From the NCBI RefSeq assembly GCF_006345805.1, contig NC_042999.1:24490001-24554000 (forward strand): 64,000 bases of DNA. Reading direction: 5' to 3'. The position numbers and the translations under genes are program-made. This DNA is from Octopus sinensis (lineage: Eukaryota). The notes below the pieces were generated by a model. That model saw nothing but the letters and a program-made list of their open reading frames with translations. It was not told the origin of the DNA and searched no databases. Shown in pieces: positions 47,901-58,027 of the stretch; within the stretch, counting starts at the first letter, position 1, and each line of letters starts with the position of its first letter.

Positions 47901-50900
47901 AAATTTTATGTTGACTTATGTCCCAAAAATCAGCTTAATAATGACAAAGTTAATTTACTAATTACTTCGTTATTTTCCAAATTAAATAAAACAAAAGCAG
48001 TATATTTCAACAGAAATGTAGTAATCATAGCGTTAAGTGAAGCACTCCGTCGGTTATGACGACGAGGGTTCCGGTTGATCCGATCAACGGAACAGCCTGC
48101 TCGTGAAATTAACGTGTAAGTGGCTGAGCACTCCACAGACACGTGTACCCTTAACATAGTTCTTGGGGATATTCAGCGTGACACAGAGAGTGACAAGGCT
48201 GGCCCCTTGAAATACAGGTACAACAGAAACAGGAAGTAAGAGTGAGAGAAAGTTGTGGTGAAAGAGTACAGCAGGGATCACCATGATCCCCTACCGGAGC
48301 CTCGTGGAGCTTTAGGTGTTTTCGCTCAATAAACACTCACAACGCCCGGTCTGGGAATCGAAACCGCGATCCTACGACCGTGAGTCCGCTGCCCTAACCA
48401 CTGGGCCATTGCGCCTCCACTCATAGCGTTAAGTAACCTACGGTGAAAAGTATGCCAGCTGTAAGAATATGATTCTTTTGGAGACCAAAAACTACATTGT
48501 CCAATGAGTCTCCTGTTTTTAAGACTGTAAGTAAGATATCAATATTTTATATCAAGAGATTCAATTGCTGTTTCTAACAGATGAAGTAGGTGAGTGTATC
48601 AGCAAAGGATAATGGTTTCAAAGCATCAACATGGTGATACAATTGTGATGCATGTTTTGAAACCATTATTACTGAATGGTGAGCAAAATGCCTGGGGTAT
48701 TTAGTTACAGCCCTTTACATTCAGAGTTCAGATCCATTTGAGATCAACTTTAATTCATTGACCCTTCCAAGTCAATAAATTAAAAAATTCAAATCAACTC
48801 CTCCTCTTCTTCTAAGTTTCTGACCTCATGCCAATGTTTTAATTTAAAGACATGTATATGAAGGGGTGTACCAGAATCAAAAGCATCTAAGAACTAAAAC
48901 ATGCTTTCAATATAAGGATTTAATAAGGTGGCAAGCTGGCAGAATCAATAGCTCCCTGGTCAAAATGTTTAGTGACATTTTGTCTGTCTTTACATTCTCA
49001 GTTCCAATTCTGTCGAGGTCAATTTTGCCTTTTATCCTTTTGGGGTTGATAAAATAAGTACTAGTTGAACACTGGGGTCACTGTAATTGACTTACAACCT
49101 TCCCTGAAATTGCTGGCCTTGTGTCATGATTTGAAGCCAATATAATGATTTAACTATTTTATATCAATACTGTGGAGGCACAATGACCCAGTGGTTAGGG
49201 CAGTGGATTCGCGGTTTCGATTCCCAGACCGGGCGTTGTGAGTGTTTATTGAGCAAAAACATCTAAAGCTCTATGCGGCTCCGGCAGGGGGTGGTGGCGA
49301 TCCCTGTTGTACTTTTTCGCCACAACTTTCTCTCACTCATTCTTCTGTTGGCCTGCTCGCTTAGCCTTCATTTGAAGGCTAAAAAACAATGCGAAGCGCA
49401 TTGTGACCAGCGATGTGTAGCAACATCTGATAGCCTGGTCGATCACGGTGGTCATGGTCATATCAATACTAGCATGAGTGGGTAAGTTTTACAGCTAATT
49501 GTAAAGCTGTTTACCCTCCTTACTGCTAACCTCTTAAATGAGGCCTTACTTCAGCTCATGAATGTGGCCCAGGATGTTAGTCCGATCCTCACAGTGCCCT
49601 CAGGTAACTAAATTTCAAACAAAAATAAATACAATGACTGTTTAGACTTCCAACTATGCTGCAGGCATTGAGTCGTTCTCCAAAATAAAACACGTAAGTC
49701 TACTTCAATCTCCTTAATTGAGAAACATGTTCAACTTTTACTTGATGATTGCATAAGTATAAAAGATCAAATTAACTGCCAATTTATATGATGTTAGTTC
49801 AAATCTGCTGCAAGCATTTTGCTGCTTCTGGCAGGTTACTTTATTCTGTGTGCCTAAATTCACCAAACTTTCAGAAATAAGAATTAGATCATCAAGGAAC
49901 ATGACTAAGAATGGCATTCTTTCTTAGCTCACAGAAGTAATGTAAAACATAATGTTGAGTCTATAAAACCACAAAATATCTGGTGTGGATTATAAATTGT
50001 TTTCTATGAAACAGTCTTTACCCACTCTCTCTATGAATCCTTTTTTGTGTGTGTCAATATGCCAAAACATCTGACAATAAACAGTCAATCAATTTAGTAG
50101 TAAATGAGAAACACAAAGAGGAATGACTCACTTCAGTGAAAAAAACAATTAGCCACAGCTGTCACTCAAATGCACATATGACTTGGTAGCATGGTATCAT
50201 GTTTGCATTTATTGTTTTAGGTGCTCATGTACTTGCAAGCAGACAGACATACTCTCTTGGCCCTCTCAACCTTAGCACAGCAGAACATCCAGTGACAGGT
50301 GGAAGGAAAGAAAATTTTCATCAGCAATTGGCTGGTATTCATTACAGATTGGAGCAATGTAAAATGAAAAGCATTGCTCAAGGATACACCATGCTTCCCG
50401 GTCTCAGAATTGAACATATGACCCCATGATTAAGAGCCCAAAACCTAGACCATAAACTGAAGTGAGTTAGATACATAAATGTTGAGTTCAGGCCTCTCTG
50501 TGGTCAGATGTGCCAACTACACAGCTCTAGACAAGCCAACAAGAAAAGCATCTGAGTGATTACTCAATCTACTAAAAATATCAGCCAAATTTCTTTCAAA
50601 CTTGGATAATATCAGCCAAGTTTCTTTCAAACTTGGATAATGTAATTCTATACTGATTCTCACAGTTTCAGTAACAGAGTATTAATCAAGGCTGACCTTG
50701 AGCTAAACAACAACAACAGCACAGCTTTCATTTCAATTTTATGATCACCACTCCTTAAGAGAAAAGATCAAATTCTTTCTACCTCTGATTTCTTGTGATA
50801 GTTAGAATGAAAATGGGCCATGCAATCACTTGAGGACTTTTCTTATGACTCAATAACCAGCTAGAAGTTACAGGACAGATATTCATAATAAGCAAATCAA

Positions 50901-53900
50901 AATGAAAATATGATGGTTATAAGAAAAACAACAATAAAAACACTGACTTACATGATCCCCATGGAGATGAGAAATAAATATTTTTGAAATTTTTCCAGGT
51001 TTCACACAACTTTTCATTAACTGAGTTTGGGAACCTTCTCCACAGTCAAAAACCCAACTATCTCCATCTGATGATGACAATAATGATATGGAAGGAAAAT
51101 CAAGAGTTTGACAATGTCTGGAATAAAGCAATGATTAAAATGGGAAAAACAAATCAATAAAATAAGGATCCTTAATACAGTATTTTGCACTTAATCAAAT
51201 ATTATCCTTTTTATTTTAGTTGCCTTAATTGGAAATAACAGAATATGAAGAGGATACTTCATACAAAACATGTCATCTGATCAACTGACAATGAGAATTA
51301 ATTGTACTTAAAGGAACACTTAGAAAGTAATTAACTTAGAAAGTTTTGCCAAGAATGTGGTTCAGTGGAATTTGAAGACAATGTCTTAATTGATACAACA
51401 ATGTTAATAACATTCGTTTTTGGCTGACGAGTTTGACATCTCACAAAGTTGTTCATATTCCTGAAGAAACTGTTTTCACACTAACTGCGCACTAATGCCT
51501 GGAAAAGCAAATACTGTTGCCAGAAATGTAGCACAAGCCAAATAATAAACACAAGGCCATGGATCTGAAAGACAAAGAGCACAGTCAAATAAATAAACTG
51601 ATCTCAATACTTGACTAGTACTATATCATCAGTCCATTAAAAATGAAAAGCAAAGTTAAGCCAAGTAGATCTGTTTCATCTGCAATTATAATTTCATTCT
51701 CGTTATGATGACTGATTCGAATATTACTATATTTTATTGACTTTTTATAGGCGCAGGAGTGGCTGTGTGGTAAGTAGCTTGCTTACCAACTACATGGTTC
51801 CGGGTTCAGTCCCATTGCGTGGCATCTTGGGCAAGTGTCTTCTGCTATAGCCCCGGGCCGACCAATGCCTTGTGAGTGGATTTGGTAGACGGAAACTGAA
51901 AGAAGCCTGTCGTATATATGTATATATATATAAGTGTGTATATGTTTGTGTCTGTGTTTGTCCCCCTAGCATTGCTTGACAACCGATGCTGGTGTGTTTA
52001 CGTCCCCGTCACTTAGCGGTTCGGCAAAAGAGACCGATAGAATAAGTACTGGGCTTACAAAGAATAAGTCCTGGGGTCGATTTGCTCGACTAAAGGCGGT
52101 GCTCCAGCATGGCCGCAGTCAAATGACTGAAACAAGTAAAAGAGAGAAAGGTAAAAATTAGCCTCAGCAAGAATTTGATCTTTGAATAGGTGTGTAATCA
52201 AAAACTGCAAAACACCTTGTTCTTCACTCTACCAACTCCACCAACCACAACTTTTAATAATTTCTAACATAAGCACAAGGCCAGAAATTTAGCAGGGAAG
52301 GTTAGTCAATTAGATTGACCTCAATGCTTGACTGGTGCTTTATCAATCCTGGCAGGATGAAAAGCACGATTGACCTTGGAGGGATTTGAACTAAGAACAT
52401 AAAGAACCTTAAACAAATACCACAAACAGGTTTGTTTGATGCAATAATGATTCCACCAATAATTTCTAACACACACACACACACACGGTCATATATTTTG
52501 GGAGAGTGCTCTATTCTGCCTACATCACAAGGCATAACCTTTTCTCAGACAAAAGTCACGAATAGGCGCAGGAGTGGCTGTGTGGTAAGTAGCTAGTTTA
52601 CCAACCACATGGTTCCGGGTTCAGTCCCACTGCGTGGCACCTTGGGCAAGTGTCTTCTACTATAGCCTCGGGCCGACCAAAACCTTGTGAGTGGATTTGG
52701 TAGATGGAAACTGAAAGAAGCCCGTCGTATATATGTATATATATGTGTGTGTGTGTTTGTGTGTCTGTGTTTGTCCCTCTAGCATTGCTTGACAACCGAT
52801 GCTGGTGTGTTTATGTCCCCGTCACTTAGTGGTTCGGCAAAAGAGACCGATAGAATAAGTACTGGGTTTACAAAAGAATAAGTCCCATGGTCGAGTTGCT
52901 CGATTAAAGGCGGTGCTCCAGCATGGCTGCAGTCAAATGACTGAAACAAGTAAAAGAGTAAAGAGTAAAAGAGTAACTAAAATTCTAGATTCTACACTCA
53001 TTCCAACAATGGAATTTATTAACTTCTCTTATAATCAGTTACCTTCACCATAGCACCTGAATGGTACTTATTTTATGAACCTACAGATCAACTCCAATGT
53101 GGGTAGAACTGAGAACGTAACTAAATATCACAAGGCCACTAACATAAGGGTATATTCCATTTAAATGTACCCTTTAATTACAATTTGAAGACTGGAAATG
53201 ATACATACACGGCTAAAAAGAAACAAAAATAATTTTATTGGTTACATTTAGGTATTGCTGAAAAATTTAATAAGAACAAATTTAGATATTTTTTGTTGTG
53301 GTTTTGTTGCAGATCAGTCCTGATCAAGCAAACCTATAATCGAATGCCTTCTGGCTATGATCATCACGTCTTTTTTCAGGCATAGTGTATCTAAGACTAC
53401 AATATCAGCCAGTTTCGGTTTAGGAGCTTCATTCAAAAAGAGCAGGCTTTGTGTGTGTGAGTGTCTGTGTGTGTGAGCGCTCGCGCTTGTGAGTGTGTCT
53501 TGTGCGTTACGCAACGGAGATCACAATTTCGAAAAAATATTTTTCTCATAATTTCATTGCTTTTCTACATTTTAACTAACACAGACTTTGGTAACATTTT
53601 TCTTTCCTATGAGGTATTGGGCTCCACATCCTAAACTCCATTCAGTGAATTTGGACAAGTACACACGCACGCGGTTCACTAAGTTTTTTTTTTTTTTCCT
53701 TAGTGAACCGTGTGCGGGTGTACTTGTCCAAATATATACCCTCCGTTCTATCAATAACCAGTGTTTACTTTCATTATTACAGGAAGATGCAATTTGAATG
53801 TCCCAAGTAACCACTTAAAGATTCTTCATCAATTCAAAAATGGGCTGAGATAAAATATGTCGATTACTGTCTTTTCCATATCCTATATTCTGATTTCTCC

Positions 53901-55160
53901 AGCAAAAGTTGTCCCACACAAGGAGTGCTGAAAAGTGTGTGTGGCTTTGGGTAAAAGAAAATACAGAAGGACCAGTTAATTATAATGTTATTCAACATAT
54001 TCCCCTCTCAAATTCACACACTTATTGCAGCGGTCTTTCAGTCTTTCTAAGCCCTGTATAAGAGAACTTGGAAGATTGGGCTTCCAACCAGGCCTTCGTG
54101 GAGGCACATGGCCTAGTGGTTAGAGCAGCGGACTCGCGGTCGAGGGATCGCGGGTTCGAATCTCAGACCGGACGATGTATGTGTTTATGAGCGAAAGCAC
54201 CTAAACTCCACGCGGCTCCGGCAGAAGGTAATGGAGAAACTTCTGCTGACTCTTTCGCCACAACTTTCTCTCACTCTTTCCTCCTGCATCTTGCAGCTCA
54301 CCTGCGACGGACCGGCATCCCGTCCAGGTGAGGAACCTATACGCCAAGAAACCTGGAAACCGGCCCTTATGAGCCAGGCATGGCTCGAGAAGAAACAAAC
54401 AACAAAAACAACAAACCAGGCCTTTCGCGGTGCACTTGAAGCCAGGAACTTTTCAGCACATTCATATATGTATCGGTGTTTGTTATTTTTTGTACTCATA
54501 TGTAGACAACGAGGGCGATCTTACGGTATAAGTACCGGTGTACTTCTGGAAGTACCGGATACATTTAAAAAAAGTGGGGTTTTTTATAGGTGGGGGAGTT
54601 AGGGTTTGGGTTAGGGTGGGTTAGGGGTGAGAGAAAAGGGTTGCTATCTTCAGAAATGTAAACAAAGTCACGTGTGTACATATACCGAAGCATCGCCACA
54701 TACCCTAACCCCCCATATATAAAAAAAACAACACTTTTTTTAAATGTATCCGGTACTTCCGGAAGTACACCGGTACTTATACCGTAAGATCGCCACAACG
54801 AGATATAAGTATACAAGTAAAATTGTTAACAGTAAAATGTACCATTTCAATATCACAGTTAACTGAGGAACTTAAAGTATTTTGCGGTTAACATGTTTCT
54901 AACCCGTACGTAGTTTCTGCAGTCGCACTTGTTTTGTTCCACAAGAAAACTGACTGTAATTAGAGTAACTTACAGAGTGAAAATGAGATCGATAAATTAC
55001 ACTGACAGTGTGATAATAACAGAGTGTGATATTAAAGCAGAAAGCCTTTAAAAGTATATATGTGAATGAAATTACCGTTTTGCAAGACAACACATGAAGC
55101 CCCCCTATGTGGTGAAGGGTAGGCAGCGCCAGTTCCTAAAAATATAACTTTTAACGACAT
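34203..55160 (-). CDS. ELAC1: Zinc phosphodiesterase ELAC1 / tRNase Z short form; complement(join(34203..34340,35047..35141,36547..36727,39748..39847,41214..41309,44902..44999,46674..46868,50952..51067,55076..55160)), 1104 nt, 367 aa
   Basis: All eight introns are GT-AG and phases are compatible (1,0,0,2,2,0,1,0). Motifs in order: [34 protein letters not shown] exosite arm, GDS, HEAT, HST, THFSQRY, AEDF. Confidence 0.95.
34500..34882 (+). mobile_element. CR1-clade LINE 3' end
   Basis: [19 protein letters not shown]...FK motif and (ATT)n tail. Confidence 0.78.
35047..35141 (-). CDS. ELAC1: ELAC1 coding exon 8
   Basis: (S)[31 protein letters not shown]; ccacAG / GTAAGT. Confidence 0.93.
35407..35650 (+). 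mobile_element. SINE family 3 (internally deleted) inside a decayed SINE family 4
   Basis: Head and 3' tip present, middle missing. Confidence 0.8.
36547..36727 (-). CDS. ELAC1: ELAC1 coding exon 7
   Basis: [22 protein letters not shown]...HEAT...GHSTP+A; ctgcAG / GTTAGT. Confidence 0.93.
36868..37199. mobile_element. Unclassified 332-bp insertion with 31-bp flanking direct repeats
   Basis: atcagaaatattaaatttctaaatctctcat at 36837-36867 and 37200-37230. Confidence 0.65.
37667..38083 (+). mobile_element. SINE family 1, full length
   Basis: Consensus match. Confidence 0.88.
38540..39200 (-). mobile_element. Decayed CR1/L2-like LINE 3' region
   Basis: LWDSF...[13 protein letters not shown] resembles LWNSLP...FK..IN. 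Confidence 0.4.
39297..39530 (-). mobile_element. SINE family 2
   Basis: Consensus match; approximate TSD taatccta(c/t)caatacc. Confidence 0.85.
39748..39847 (-). CDS. ELAC1: ELAC1 coding exon 6 (flexible arm / exosite)
   Basis: (K)[33 protein letters not shown]; ctccAG / GTCAGT. Confidence 0.93.
40105..40310 (-). mobile_element. SINE family 4, 3' part
   Basis: (ATC)n then gtttaacatccgctttccatgc. Confidence 0.75.
41214..41309 (-). CDS. ELAC1: ELAC1 coding exon 5
   Basis: (L)[31 protein letters not shown]+AA; poly-T cAG / GTAAGT. Confidence 0.92.
41716..42131. mobile_element. Two SINE family 1 3' halves arranged head-to-head (palindrome)
   Basis: tactcttttac...gtaaacac (minus) then gtgtttacgtcc...gtaaaagagta (plus). 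Confidence 0.85.
42601..42835 (+). mobile_element. SINE family 2 with 15-bp TSD
   Basis: atgtagcca(g/a)caaca at 42586-42600 and 42836-42850. Confidence 0.88.
43386..43888 (-). mobile_element. Probable solo LTR splitting the integrase (..SPQ | .TGKPF..)
   Basis: Minus strand starts tgtagtaacg and has aataaa near its other end; no TSD recovered. Confidence 0.45.
44902..44999 (-). CDS. ELAC1: ELAC1 coding exon 4
   Basis: [32 protein letters not shown]+CT; ctgtcAG / GTAAGT; supplies exactly the phase 0-to-2 bridge needed between exons 3 and 5. Confidence 0.85.
45092..45370 (-). mobile_element. Gypsy integrase C-terminal fragment
   Basis: [21 protein letters not shown]. Confidence 0.6.
45575..45950 (+). 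mobile_element. Tc1-like DDE transposase fragment
   Basis: GGQSIM.WGAIG...FQQDNAP...[14 protein letters not shown]. Confidence 0.8.
46197..46336 (-). mobile_element. SINE family 4, 3' part
   Basis: Consensus match. Confidence 0.75.
46674..46868 (-). CDS. ELAC1: ELAC1 coding exon 3
   Basis: [29 protein letters not shown]...LAEDLK; ttttcAG / GTAAAA; 195 nt. Confidence 0.93.
47467..47900 (-). mobile_element. MITE family A with perfect 8-bp TSD and expanded TTAGGG tract
   Basis: aaatttta at 47459-47466 and 47901-47908; ttagggttagggttagttagggttagagttaggg at about 47568-47602. Confidence 0.9.
48039..48420 (-). mobile_element. SINE family 3 with perfect 14-bp TSD
   Basis: tcatagcgttaagt at 48025-48038 and 48421-48434. 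Confidence 0.92.
49173..49470 (+). mobile_element. SINE family 3 variant (same head, different 3' body)
   Basis: Head matches to ...ttctctcactc then diverges. Confidence 0.7.
50952..51067 (-). CDS. ELAC1: ELAC1 coding exon 2 (metal-binding HxHxDH)
   Basis: (D)[38 protein letters not shown]; catcAG acceptor, GTAAGT donor. Confidence 0.94.
51750..52145 (+). mobile_element. SINE family 1, full length
   Basis: Consensus match. Confidence 0.88.
52565..52976 (+). mobile_element. SINE family 1, full length
   Basis: Consensus match. Confidence 0.88.
54097..54392 (+). mobile_element. SINE family 3 variant
   Basis: tggcctagtggttagagc A box, gggttcgaatctc B box; third distinct 3' body. Confidence 0.72.
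54514..54794. mobile_element. MITE family C, Merlin-like, palindromic, TTAGGG-bearing
   Basis: ggcgatcttacggtataagtaccgg / ccggtacttataccgtaagatcgcc; perfect 8-bp TSD acaacgag at 54506-54513 and 54795-54802. Confidence 0.88.
55076..55160 (-). CDS. ELAC1: ELAC1 coding exon 1
   Basis: [28 protein letters not shown]+G; acceptor ctttAG immediately before tATG; donor GTAATT. Confidence 0.92.
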
Positions 55161-55290
55161 ACTAAAGAGATTAGATTAGAAATATAGAAATAAAAATAAA
55201 CAAGCACATGTAGGTAATTAATATTGGACTCGACACAAAACCAGCGATCTATTGTCGTTGGTAACACTGCATTATCTCCCTTAACCTTGC

Positions 55291-55760
55291 TAAAACTTCC
55301 TAGCCAGATTATCATTGTCTCCCTTTTCTTGCGGCCACTCATACCTTTGACATGTTTTTGTCAGTGGACTGCGGCCATGCTGGGGTACCTTTTTCAAGTT
55401 TAATCACACAAATCGATTCCAGTTCTCTTTTTAAAACCTCTGAGTGATTACTCAATCTACTAAAAATATCAGCCAAGTTTCTTGCAAATAACTGATTGGA
55501 TAATGTAATTCTATACTGATTCTCACAGTTTCAGTAACAGGGTATTAATCAAGGCTGACCTTGAGCTAAACAACAACAATGGATTGAGTAGTAGATTGAG
55601 TAATCACTCAGATGCTTTAAAAAGAGAACTGGAATCGATTTGTGTGATTAAACTTGAAAAAGGTACCCCAGCATGGCCGCAGTCCACTGACAAAAACATG
55701 TCAAAGGTATGAGTGGACGCAAGGAAAGGGAGACAATAATAATCTGACTAGGAAGTTTTA
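55291..55760. repeat. Fold-back inverted repeat, 171-bp arms, 128-bp loop
   Basis: 55291-55461 vs 55590-55760, about 6 mismatches by eye. Confidence 0.92.
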
Positions 55761-55989
55761 TCGGTCTCTTTTGTTTACGGAACGTAAACAAACCAACATA
55801 CAACACCGATTGTCAAGCAGGGGGTGGGGGCAAATACAAACACCCACACTCATTGATACATTATACAGCCTCCTATCACCCCCTCCTATCGTATTCAAGA
55901 ACTTAGTTTCACTAAGGTGTCAGCAAGAGGATCCTAAGTCTATCTTCTAGTAAAGATATCTGCGACGATGACCCCCTCCCACTACAACG

Positions 55990-56900
55990 AGGTGCTGGCG
56001 TCCAGCCGGTTTAAGGACCACATCTACAAGCCAGATCCACAAAAGGAAAATCCGCAGAAACTTGGTTTGGTTTTCCCCACCCTTCTCACTCAAACTTAAG
56101 ACTTGTGTGGGAAGGATATTCCTCAGGTTAATAGACAAACACTTCACACAGATACATACGGTTATTCAACAGGCGCAATCTAAGGGTCTCCTTTAGCTGT
56201 GCATTTAACACGAAAAGTATATTAGCTAACGCCCATAAAACACGTGAAGAGGCAGGTTGCTCTTGCAAGGTGTACAATGACTGTCCAGTGGGAGGCCGAT
56301 GTGAATCTGAGGGAGTCATCTATGAAGCTGTGGTGACACTCAGGCCTAGCGACCACAGCAATAGCAGTAACGGATCATCCAACAACATTGAGGACATCAG
56401 AGGCAACGACAACTATAGAAACACCAGCACTAATGCCAACGACATCAGTACCAGCACTACAGCTGGAGATGACCATGCCAACACCAGCAGCACCTGTGAA
56501 GCTACTGGCCCCATGCCCAACATTACTATCGACGGTACCCATATGATCAATGGCAATAGCGCCAACCCTACAGCCAGGGATGGATGACCACCACAATGAT
56601 AACAACCACAGGGACAGCAGCCACAGCTACATCGCTGGACCCGCACATCATAATGATAACAACACTGAAAGCAGCCCCAACAACACTGGTAGCAACAACA
56701 CCCCCAGGCCTGCAGCCAACCGGAGATGCACCAGTAACGTGAACACAGCCAACACCCAAGCCTGGAAACACATTAGATCAGCCAGTATGGTTTTCAAGCA
56801 ATACTTGTGTGACCACAGGTCCTCATTCGGGGTTCCTGAAAGATTATTCATCACATCCCTGGCCTCAAAGTCAAGGGAACCCATACAAAATCAAGTAGAT
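55990..56900 (+). mobile_element. Penelope-like element relic (RT thumb linker + GIY-YIG endonuclease)
   Basis: RLFNRRNLRVSFSCAFNTKSIL...CSC...CPVGGRCESEGVIYEAVV...FKQYLCDHRSSF. Confidence 0.7.
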
Positions 56901-57106
56901 CTTAGAACAACTGGGCCCCTACATCAATGGGATACTATAGTATAGTTTGCAAGATATGTTGTTTTTTTCCTTCAATTTCTGCAATTTCAACCAATCACTG
57001 ACGTCCATTGAGGTAAACAACATTCCGTGCCGTATGAATATGTCCCTCGTTTAAGAAACAGATTGGGTTTATTTACATTTGTGAAGAAAAAAAGATATCC
57101 TTCCCC

Positions 57107-58027
57107 GGCATAGTTTCGGTTGTAGTAGCACAGATTTCCGTAAAAAACTTTTATTTTTTTACATAAGTAATGAGAGCGAAAGAGACTAAGAGGAAGCGAT
57201 TTTACGACGAGAAGGTTTCACTTTGAAGTCGGCCTGTGTGTGTTTGATGGGGTGTGGGAGACAGACAGTATGTTGTGTAAGTGAAGTGCTTCTGTTAGTG
57301 TGTGTGAAGAGACAGACATACATATACACATACACCGAGTAAAAAATTACTATGAATCGGCCATACATACATACATACACACACACACATACATAGATAC
57401 ATACACACACACACATACATACATACACACACACATACTTACACACACACACATAGATACATACACACACACATATACATAGATACATACACACACACAC
57501 ACATACATGCAGACATACATATACACATACACCGAGTAAAAAATTACACTGAATCGACCATACATACATACACATACACACATACATACATACAGACACA
57601 CACACACATACATGCAGACATACATATACACATACACCGAGTAAAAAATTACGATGAATCGGCCATACATACATACATACACACACACATACTTACACAC
57701 ACACATATACATAGATACATACACACACACACACATACATGCATACATACATATACACATACACCGAGTAAAAAATCAGTTATCTCTCTCTTTCACACAT
57801 TACTCTCTCTGTCTCTTCACACACACTAACAGAAGCACTTCACTTACACAACATACTGTCTGTCTCCCACACCCCATCAAACACACACAGGCCGATTTCA
57901 AAGAGAAACCTTCTCGTCATAAAATCGCTTCCTCTTAGTCTCTTTCGCTCTCATTACTTATGTAAAAAAATAAAAGTTTTTTACGGAAATCGACGGAAAT
58001 CTGTGCTACGACATGCGAAACTTCGCC
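57107..58027. mobile_element. MITE family B: 921-bp fold-back element, about 200-bp terminal inverted arms, Merlin-like
   Basis: ggc...gcc termini; perfect 8-bp TSD ccttcccc at 57099-57106 and 58028-58035; arms about 57107-57315 vs 57815-58027. Confidence 0.85.
57331..57778. repeat. Four copies of a tacaccgagtaaaaaat... motif separated by AC-rich microsatellite
   Basis: Motif at about 57331, 57529, 57633, 57760. Confidence 0.88.

Noticed and set aside
51068-51131. Upstream acceptor (ttattccAG, exon start 51117) for ELAC1 exon 2
   Set aside because: It adds 50 nt and shifts the frame relative to exon 1; the 51067 start restores [11 protein letters not shown].
53313-53440. Plus-strand exon after a strong-looking acceptor (ttttgttgcAG)
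   Set aside because: Stops in all three frames within about 75 nt, no recognisable protein, and it is antisense within ELAC1 intron 1.
20506-55160. LipB-like plus RNase Z-like genes as a bacterial or horizontally acquired cluster
   Set aside because: Both genes have canonical spliceosomal introns filled with host SINEs and resemble the metazoan LIPT2/ELAC1 types; convergent neighbours need no functional link.
56270-56945. Mucin-like Ser/Thr/Asn-rich host gene
   Set aside because: Embedded between Penelope-like motifs, frame-broken, with no supporting splice structure.
57331-57778. CRISPR-like repeat-spacer appearance
   Set aside because: Spacers are AC microsatellite of unequal length, there are no cas genes, the context is eukaryotic, and the array lies inside a TSD-flanked fold-back element.
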